Of a stretch of 21,509 bases of DNA, positions 15,385 through 21,509 are shown piece after piece. The DNA comes from Thermodesulfovibrionales bacterium. GTDB lineage: Bacteria; Nitrospirota; Thermodesulfovibrionia; Thermodesulfovibrionales; UBA6898. The stretch's first letter is position 1, and every line of letters starts with the position of its first letter. The DNA is taken from contig JBIOIY010000052.1 in NCBI GenBank assembly GCA_044450345.1, positions 1 through 21,509 of the forward strand, read 5' to 3'. The notes beneath the pieces are model-generated. The model was not told the origin of the DNA and searched no databases. It worked only from the letters and a program-made list of their open reading frames with translations. A program made the translations under genes and the position numbers.

Positions 15385-16821
15385 TTGGCTGAGGGAGTGA
15401 GAGTTCGTTTTGCGCCGAGCCCGACGGGATTTCTTCACATAGGCGGGGCGAGGACCGCCCTGTTCAACTGGCTTTATGCGAGGCACCATAACGGCACATT
15501 TATTTTGAGGATCGAAGATACGGACCGGACCCGGTCAACGGAAGAATACATCGATGCGATCATCGAGGGCATGAAATGGGTCGGTCTCGACTGGGACGAG
15601 GGGCCATTCAGGCAGACCGACAGGTTCGATGTGTACCGCAGCTATATCGCGAGGCTGGTTGAAGAAGGAAAGGCATATCACTGTTACTGTTCTCCCGAAG
15701 AACTTGAGGCCAGACGCCAGGAGGCGCTTGCGCAGGGTAAATCTCCCAAATATGACGGCAGATGCAGGAACCTTAGGGAACCTGTCCCCGGCAGGGCCCC
15801 GGCGGTCCGCTTCAGGATGCCCCAGGAAGGGCATACGGTTGTGGACGATATGATACGCGGGAAGGTCGAGTTCGAGAATTCCCAGTTAGATGACCTGATC
15901 ATCCTCCGCTCTGACGAGACGCCCACCTATAACTTCACCGTCGTGGTCGATGATGTGGATATGGGGATCACCCACGTCATCAGGGGCGACGACCACTTAA
16001 ATAACACGCCCAAGCAGATGCAACTCTACAGCGCCTTCGGATACCCCATCCCCAAGTTCGCGCACCTGCCGATGATACTCGGGGCGGACAAGACGAGGCT
16101 CTCGAAGAGACACGGCGCAACGTCGGTGATGGCCTATTATGAGATGGGGTATCTCCCCGATTCCCTCATCAATTACCTTGTGCGGCTCGGCTGGTCCTAT
16201 GGGGACCAGGAGGTGTTTACCAGGGAGGAGTTGATAAAGTATTTCACCTTTGAGAACGTCGGTTCGTCGGCTGCAGTATTCAACCCTGAAAAGCTCCTCT
16301 GGCTGAACCAGCAGTATATCATCGGATCGACTCCCGAGAGGCTTTCTGAACTTGTAGTCCCTTTCCTTCTGAAGGAGAAAATAATAGATGAGGGACAGAC
16401 GCTCGAAATGGGCTGGCTTGTCAGGGCGGTCAAGACCCTTCAGGAGAGGGCGAAGACCTTGGTGGAACTCGCAAGGTCCCTGCGCTATTATATAGTTGAA
16501 TACGTCGATTACGATGAAAAGGCGAAAAACAAGTTTCTGAACGAGAAATGCCTTCCGCTTCTTAAAGACCTGAAGAGGGAACTCTTGTCCCTCGACGACT
16601 TTTCCCATGAAGGGCTTGAAACGGTGTTCCGGTCGATCATCGAAGAACACGGCGTCAAACTCGGCAACCTGGCTCAGCCGGTACGTGTGGCGATGACCGG
16701 GGGTACGGAAAGTCCCGGCATTTTTGAGGTCCTTGAGGTCATCGGAAAGGAAAAGACGATAAGGAGACTTGAGAAGGCGATAGAGACGATAGAAGGAAAA
16801 AATCCCGGAAAGGAATCTTAG
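15385..16821 (+). CDS. gltX: Glutamate--tRNA ligase
   Basis: [55 protein letters not shown] start with SD AAGGAGGT. Confidence 0.98.
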   Translation: MAEGVRVRFAPSPTGFLHIGGARTALFNWLYARHHNGTFILRIEDTDRTRSTEEYIDAIIEGMKWVGLDWDEGPFRQTDRFDVYRSYIARLVEEGKAYHCYCSPEELEARRQEALAQGKSPKYDGRCRNLREPVPGRAPAVRFRMPQEGHTVVDDMIRGKVEFENSQLDDLIILRSDETPTYNFTVVVDDVDMGITHVIRGDDHLNNTPKQMQLYSAFGYPIPKFAHLPMILGADKTRLSKRHGATSVMAYYEMGYLPDSLINYLVRLGWSYGDQEVFTREELIKYFTFENVGSSAAVFNPEKLLWLNQQYIIGSTPERLSELVVPFLLKEKIIDEGQTLEMGWLVRAVKTLQERAKTLVELARSLRYYIVEYVDYDEKAKNKFLNEKCLPLLKDLKRELLSLDDFSHEGLETVFRSIIEEHGVKLGNLAQPVRVAMTGGTESPGIFEVLEVIGKEKTIRRLEKAIETIEGKNPGKES

Positions 16822-16823
16822 AC

Positions 16824-18542
16824 ATGGCCGAGAGCGACTCTTTAAGACCCTCCGATTTCATACGAGAGATCGTGGAAAACGACATGAAGGCGAAAAAATA
16901 CAACAGCAGGGTCCATACGCGTTTTCCGCCGGAGCCGAACGGTTACCTGCACATCGGACATGCCAAGTCGATCTGCCTCAATTTCGGGGTCGCCTCCGAA
17001 TTCGGCGGCAAATGCAATCTGCGCTTTGACGACACGAACCCCGAGAAGGAAGAGCAGGAGTATGTCGACTCCATCATAGACTCGGTCAGATGGCTCGGCT
17101 TTGACTTCGGCCCTGGGCCGCTCTATGCCAGCGACTACTTCGACTTCATGTACCGGGCTGCCGAACACCTCATCACTGCGGGACATGCGTATGTGGACAG
17201 CCAGTCCGCTGACGAGATGCGCGAGAACCGGGGGACGCTGACGTCACCGGGGAAGGACTCTCCCTTTCGCGGACGTTCCGTGGAGGAGAACCTGCGTCTG
17301 TTCCGGGAGATGCGCGACGGCAGGCATCCCGACGGCATGATGGTGCTACGCTCAAAAATAGACATGGCCTCACCCAACATCAACATGCGTGACCCGGCGA
17401 TTTATCGCATCAAACGTGCGGACCACCATCGCACAGGCGGCACGTGGTGCATCTACCCAATGTATACGTACGCCCATCCGATCGAGGACGCGCTCGAACG
17501 CATCACCCACTCGATCTGCACCCTTGAGTTCGAAGACCAGAGGCCATTCTATGATTGGCTGCTTGAGCGGCTTGCCGAGGGTGGACTGCTGGAAAGACCG
17601 TTGCCCCGACAGATCGAGTTTGCCCGCCTGAACCTGAGTCATACCGTGCTCAGCAAAAGGAAGCTCATCCAGCTGGTACAGGAAGGGCACGTCTCGGGAT
17701 GGGACGATCCGCGGATGCCTACCCTCGCAGGCATCAGGAGACGCGGGTATACGCCGGAGGCGATCCGAAATTTCTGCGACCGAATAGGCGTCGCGAAGCG
17801 GGACAGCTTAGTCGACATCGCCCTGCTGGAATATTGTATACGCGAAGACCTCAATAAACGCGCCCCGCGCGCCATGGCGGTGCTTCGGCCGCTTAAGGTG
17901 GTCATAGACAATTATCCGGAAGATCTTCCGGCCGAGGAACTCGATGCGGTAAATAACCCTGAGGACGCCTCGATGGGGACGAGGAAGGTACCTTTTTCGC
18001 GCATCATCTATATTGAGAAGGACGATTTCCGTGAAAACCCTCCGAAGGAATTTTTCCGATTAGCGCCGGGCCGCGAGGTGCGGCTGAGGTACGCGTATTA
18101 TATTACCTGCACAGGGGTCGTCAAGGATGAGAAGACCGGAGAAGTGAGCGAGTTGCACTGCACCTATGACCCAAAGACAAAAGGAGGCGACTCTCCTGAC
18201 GGAAGGAAGGTAAAGGCGACGCTGCACTGGGTCTCGGCCCGGCATGCGGTGCCGGCGGAAGTGCGCCTTTATGCCCATCTGCTGATGAAGGCCGACCCCG
18301 GAGATGTCGGAGAGGGGCAGGACTTCAAGTCTCTCCTCAACCCGAACTCTCTTGAAACATTGCCGGTCTGTTTTGTTGAACCGACCCTTGCGGGGGCCGC
18401 TCCGGGCAGCCGATATCAGTTTGAAAGGCAGGGATATTTTTGTGTTGATCCCGACTCTTCAAAGGACAAACTCGTTTTCAACCGGATAGTGACGTTAAAG
18501 GACACGTGGGCGAAGATCGAAAAGGCGCAGAAAAAGCGGTGA
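16824..18542 (+). CDS. glnS: Glutamine--tRNA ligase
   Basis: [68 protein letters not shown]; no C-terminal YqeY domain. Confidence 0.98.
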   Translation: MAESDSLRPSDFIREIVENDMKAKKYNSRVHTRFPPEPNGYLHIGHAKSICLNFGVASEFGGKCNLRFDDTNPEKEEQEYVDSIIDSVRWLGFDFGPGPLYASDYFDFMYRAAEHLITAGHAYVDSQSADEMRENRGTLTSPGKDSPFRGRSVEENLRLFREMRDGRHPDGMMVLRSKIDMASPNINMRDPAIYRIKRADHHRTGGTWCIYPMYTYAHPIEDALERITHSICTLEFEDQRPFYDWLLERLAEGGLLERPLPRQIEFARLNLSHTVLSKRKLIQLVQEGHVSGWDDPRMPTLAGIRRRGYTPEAIRNFCDRIGVAKRDSLVDIALLEYCIREDLNKRAPRAMAVLRPLKVVIDNYPEDLPAEELDAVNNPEDASMGTRKVPFSRIIYIEKDDFRENPPKEFFRLAPGREVRLRYAYYITCTGVVKDEKTGEVSELHCTYDPKTKGGDSPDGRKVKATLHWVSARHAVPAEVRLYAHLLMKADPGDVGEGQDFKSLLNPNSLETLPVCFVEPTLAGAAPGSRYQFERQGYFCVDPDSSKDKLVFNRIVTLKDTWAKIEKAQKKR

Positions 18543-18557
18543 GGGAAAACAGGTGCG

Positions 18558-18586
18558 TTGTTTCTGCAACGGGAATCTGTTATATT
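18558..18586 (+). promoter_or_regulatory. Sigma70 promoter of gpsA-larB (TTGTTT-17 nt-TATATT with TG extension)
   Basis: -35 at 18558-18563, TG at 18578-18579, -10 at 18581-18586. Confidence 0.55.
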
Positions 18587-18645
18587 TCTCCACAAGAGGT
18601 GAGTGTGAAGTGAAGTTGCAAACCGTTATTGATGAGAGGTAATGC

Positions 18646-19635
18646 ATGAGCTATATCGCTGTCATAGGGGCCGGAAGCTGGGGAACTACACTGGCGGGTC
18701 TTCTTACGGAGAAGGGGTACGATGTTTCCCTCTGGACCTTCGAGAAAGAGATTGCGGATGAGATAAATAATCGCTTTGCGAACAGCACGTATCTGCCTGG
18801 CACGCTCTTGCCGCATGGATTGAAGGCGACGAACGATCTGGAAAACGCTGTGAAAAAGGCCCGTTATATACTCAACGTCGTGCCCACCCAGTTTACCCGT
18901 TCTGTCTTCAGGGAAGCGGTGAAATACATTCATGAAAGCGCAGTCATGGTCAGCGCATCGAAAGGGATCGAACACGGTACGCTCCTGACGGTATCTGCCA
19001 TCCTGAATGAAATATCCGGGAACCAGAGTGCGGTGCTTTCAGGGCCGAGCTTTGCAAAAGAGGTGATCAACAAGTTGCCGACCGCGGTCACGCTGGCGAC
19101 GAACAATCCCGAGACCGGCCTTCTCCTGCAGGAGATCTTTAATACGAGTTATTTCAGGGTATACACGCACTCCGATATCCTCGGCGTAGAACTGGGCGGC
19201 GCGCTCAAGAATGTGATCGCCATCGCGTCCGGCATCTCCGACGGGCTTGGCCTCGGACATAATGCGAGGGCCGCGCTGATCACGAGGGGCATCGCCGAGA
19301 TGATGAGGTTGGGGGAGAACATGGGGGCCGACAAGAGGACCTTTGCCGGGCTCAGCGGCATGGGGGACCTTGTGCTTACCTGCACCGGTCCGCTTTCGAG
19401 GAATTATTCGGTCGGCATCAAACTCGGGCAGGGGATGAAATTGTCCGATATCCTCTCGTCGACGAGGAGCGTCGCCGAAGGGGTCGCGACCTCGCTTTCC
19501 GCCTTCGAACTTTCACAGAAGTTCGACGTCGAGATGCCGATCGTAGAACAGGTCTATCAAGTCATCTACAAGGACAAGAGCCCTGCCGAAGCGGTACACG
19601 TACTTATGAACCGGGCCTTGCGCTCGGAATTTTGA
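18646..19635 (+). CDS. gpsA: NAD(P)H-dependent glycerol-3-phosphate dehydrogenase
   Basis: GAGSWGT, SKGIE, LSGPSFAKEV, GVELGGALKNVIAI, GLSGMGDLVLTC..SRN, VAEGV. Confidence 0.97.
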   Translation: MSYIAVIGAGSWGTTLAGLLTEKGYDVSLWTFEKEIADEINNRFANSTYLPGTLLPHGLKATNDLENAVKKARYILNVVPTQFTRSVFREAVKYIHESAVMVSASKGIEHGTLLTVSAILNEISGNQSAVLSGPSFAKEVINKLPTAVTLATNNPETGLLLQEIFNTSYFRVYTHSDILGVELGGALKNVIAIASGISDGLGLGHNARAALITRGIAEMMRLGENMGADKRTFAGLSGMGDLVLTCTGPLSRNYSVGIKLGQGMKLSDILSSTRSVAEGVATSLSAFELSQKFDVEMPIVEQVYQVIYKDKSPAEAVHVLMNRALRSEF

Positions 19636-19650
19636 ACCCGCGAATGAATT

Positions 19651-20385
19651 ATGAATAAGGGCAAGATCAAGCTTCTTCTGGGTTCCGTCAAAAAAGGGAC
19701 GGTCTCTATAGAAGATGCGCTCGGCCGGTTGAAACACCTGCCCTATGAGGACATACAGTTTGCGAAGGTCGACCATCACCGGCATCTCAGGCAAGGAGTC
19801 CCGGAAGTCGTTTTCGCATCGGGAAAGACCACCGAACAGGTAGTTACCATCTCCCGCGCGATGCATAAGAGAAGCGGCAGCTTTCTGATCACGAAGGCCA
19901 CGAAAGAGATATTCGACGCGCTGGGAATAAAGGGCGCGGTCTTTCATGAGTCGTCAGGGGTGATCGCTGTCGGAAGGACGAAGAAAAAGAGCGGAAATGT
20001 TTTGGTGCTGACGGCCGGCACGTCCGACATGCCCGTTGCCGAAGAGGCGGCGGTTACCGCATCATTTCTCGGCAGTAAAGTGAGTACGGTATATGACGTC
20101 GGTGTCGCCGGATTGCACAGGCTGATGGACACCTCCGTCCTCATGCACAAGGCCCGCATAATCGTCGTCGTCGCCGGCATGGAGGGTGCTCTTCCCTCTG
20201 TGGTAGGCGGCATGACGGACAAGCCGATCGTCGCGGTCCCCACTTCTACCGGCTACGGTACAAGCCTGGGAGGTCTTACCGCCCTTTTTGCGATGCTCAA
20301 CTCCTGCGTCCCCGGCATAGCGGTCATGAATATCGACAACGGCTTCGGCGCCGGCTGCCTCGCGCATAAGATCAATACACGGTAA
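19651..20385 (+). CDS. larB: Nickel-pincer cofactor biosynthesis protein LarB (AIR carboxylase/CpmA-like)
   Basis: DHHRHLRQGVPEVVF..GKT, AGTSDMPVAEEA, DVGVAGLHRL, AGMEGALPSVVGG, VPTSTGYG, NIDNGFGA. Confidence 0.93.
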   Translation: MNKGKIKLLLGSVKKGTVSIEDALGRLKHLPYEDIQFAKVDHHRHLRQGVPEVVFASGKTTEQVVTISRAMHKRSGSFLITKATKEIFDALGIKGAVFHESSGVIAVGRTKKKSGNVLVLTAGTSDMPVAEEAAVTASFLGSKVSTVYDVGVAGLHRLMDTSVLMHKARIIVVVAGMEGALPSVVGGMTDKPIVAVPTSTGYGTSLGGLTALFAMLNSCVPGIAVMNIDNGFGAGCLAHKINTR

Positions 20386-20404
20386 TCGGGAATCGGAACG
20401 GACT
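20354..20404 (+). repeat. 51-bp direct repeat, copy 1 (larB 3' end, stop and 19 nt downstream)
   Basis: GCTGCCTCGCGCATAAGATCAATACACGGTAATCGGGAATCGGAACGGACT, identical to 21240-21290. Confidence 0.95.
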
Positions 20405-20433
20405 ACTTATATAACCAGGGAAAGCCGTAGAAA

Positions 20434-20483
20434 TTGACAACTATTCTAAATAGTACTACTATTATATTAAGTAATGCTCATTA
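20434..20483 (+). promoter_or_regulatory. TA promoter TTGACA-17 nt-TACTAT with two palindromic operator candidates
   Basis: -35 at 20434-20439, -10 at 20457-20462; AATAGTA-C-TACTATT (20449-20463) and TAATG-CT-CATTA (20472-20483). Confidence 0.8.
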
Positions 20484-20503
20484 GAAAGGTAAGGTAACAT
20501 AAC

Positions 20504-20758
20504 ATGACGACTGCAGCAGTCAAGATTACTAGTAAGGGGCAGGTGACGATCCCTAAGGAGATTCGGGAAAAGCTCAAAGCCAATTCCGTTTATTTCGAGG
20601 TGGAGGATGATACTGTCATGGTGAGGCCGGTGCGGGATGCTGCCGGTTCACTCAGCGCATACGCCGGCAAAGGTAAGCCGGGCGTGTCCATGAAGCAGAT
20701 GAAAGAGAGGGCGTGGGAGGTGGCTGTCCGTGAAAAGACCGGCAAGAAGTCTTCCTGA
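20504..20758 (+). CDS. AbrB/MazE/SpoVT-family DNA-binding antitoxin (VapB-like)
   Basis: VKITSKGQVTIPKEIREKL swapped-hairpin signature; overlaps the downstream PIN gene. Confidence 0.92.
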   Translation: MTTAAVKITSKGQVTIPKEIREKLKANSVYFEVEDDTVMVRPVRDAAGSLSAYAGKGKPGVSMKQMKERAWEVAVREKTGKKSS

Positions 20759-21137
20759 CACCAACACCATTATCCGGTATCTCGTCGCAGATGATCCCAT
20801 CCTGCATGCAAAGGCAAAGGAATTCTTTGATAAGGTAAAAAATGGCGGCGTCAAGGCCGTTTTCCTCGAAAGCGTGATTGCCGAATGTATCTATGTACTG
20901 ACGAAGATATATAAGGTTCCTCGGGACCGGGCCGCGAGCAGTCTCATCGATATCTTGCACTATAAGGGAATTGCAAATGATGATCGGCTGGAGCTTATCA
21001 GTGCCTTGTCCATGTTCTCGGAGCAAGGTCTTGATATTGTTGACTGTATCTTGTGCGCCAAGGTCGTGACCGCCGGTGACCACCTTTTTACCTTCGATAT
21101 AGACCTGAACAAACTCGCGAAGCGAATAAGCCCATGA
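20730..21137 (+). CDS. vapC: PIN-domain ribonuclease toxin (VapC family)
   Basis: DTNTIIRYL, VIAECIYVL, DIVDCIL, TFD: the conserved PIN acidic residues are present; GTG start overlaps the antitoxin. Confidence 0.92.
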   Translation: MKRPARSLPDTNTIIRYLVADDPILHAKAKEFFDKVKNGGVKAVFLESVIAECIYVLTKIYKVPRDRAASSLIDILHYKGIANDDRLELISALSMFSEQGLDIVDCILCAKVVTAGDHLFTFDIDLNKLAKRISP

Positions 21138-21271
21138 AAAAAACGCAAATTCCAGCCGGAATACACGCTCTCGCCGGGCAAATACAGAAGATCAAAGATC
21201 AAAAAAAACGGCTGGGCCTGTTTTGCGAAGACAGAGAGTGCTGCCTCGCGCATAAGATCAATACACGGTAA
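21134..21271 (+). pseudogene. Truncated third operon gene fused in frame to the duplicated LarB C-terminus (MKKTQIPAGIHALAGQIQKIKDQKKRLGLFCEDREC-CLAHKINTR*)
   Basis: ATGA overlap with the vapC stop; the last nine residues and the stop come from repeat copy 2. Confidence 0.55.
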
Positions 21272-21290
21272 TCGGGAATCGGAACGGACT
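21240..21290 (+). repeat. 51-bp direct repeat, copy 2
   Basis: Identical to 20354-20404. Confidence 0.95.
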
Positions 21291-21370
21291 TCTCACAGGA
21301 CTAAACGCGAGTTTCACTTTTCGATAACTGAGGAGTTTGCCCCGTAGCATATTCGATCCAGCGGTATTGC

Positions 21371-21482
21371 CGGCGTGACCGGAGACAATAGAGAGGCCAG
21401 AACTCACATTTTACCCGCGCGGAATGCCGGTAGAAACATTCTGTCACCGGTCTTAATAGTCTCTATAGTCTCTGTCACCCCG
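21371..21482. repeat. Imperfect long inverted repeat (MITE/REP-like or structured RNA)
   Basis: CGGCGTGACCGGAGACAATAGAGA (21371-21394) pairs imperfectly with TCTCTATAGTCTCTGTCACCCCG (21460-21482); inner hairpin CGGAATG/CATTCTG; tandem TAGTCTCT and a repeated TCTGTCACC. Confidence 0.45.
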
Positions 21483-21509
21483 TCGCCCTTCAGCCCAAAC
21501 ATACTTACA

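Larger units (their letters stand above)
20405..21239 (+). mobile_element. 835-bp integrase-less islet carrying a type II toxin-antitoxin module
   Basis: Bounded by perfect 51-bp direct repeats; contains an AT-rich promoter, abrB-like and PIN genes, and a truncated third ORF. Confidence 0.7.

Noticed and set aside
168..21253. Many alternative ORFs in the track (e.g. 1270-1797, 3665-4414, 9231-10037, 15997-16650, 18580-18975)
   Set aside because: They are antisense or off-frame shadows of well-supported genes, with no recognisable motifs.
20354..21290. CRISPR array or integron cassette interpretation of the 51-bp repeats
   Set aside because: Only two copies 835 bp apart, derived from larB coding sequence; no cas genes and no attC-like structure.
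1..21509. tRNA, rRNA or known riboswitch (e.g. T-box before gltX, SAM riboswitch before the dehydrogenases)
   Set aside because: No cloverleaf or consensus motifs were seen by eye and the leaders are too short; a covariance-model search was not possible.

Overview
Bacterial chromosomal window, mostly core genes; gene style suggests a Nitrospirota/Desulfobacterota-like organism (inference). In order: a partial CDS, hsp20, a small membrane protein plus Zn-dependent polyol-type dehydrogenase 1, DUF72, a palindromic element with a gene remnant, dehydrogenase 2 plus a cupin, system II cytochrome c biogenesis (ResB, CcsA), a stand-alone receiver protein, a putative ceramide operon (CerR-like SDR, serine palmitoyltransferase, bCerS-like GNAT), an orphan FabF, RodZ, an unannotated 57-aa four-Cys protein, tilS-gltX-glnS, gpsA-larB, and an integrase-less AbrB/VapC toxin-antitoxin islet bounded by a perfect 51-bp duplication of the larB 3' end. 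The best candidate for an undescribed system is the pair of MDR dehydrogenases plus a cupin resembling the R. rubrum methylthio-xylulose-5-P methylsulfurylase, which could form an MTA/5'-deoxyadenosine-to-DXP shunt that needs no RubisCO-like protein. All family assignments come from motif recognition by eye; no searches were run.
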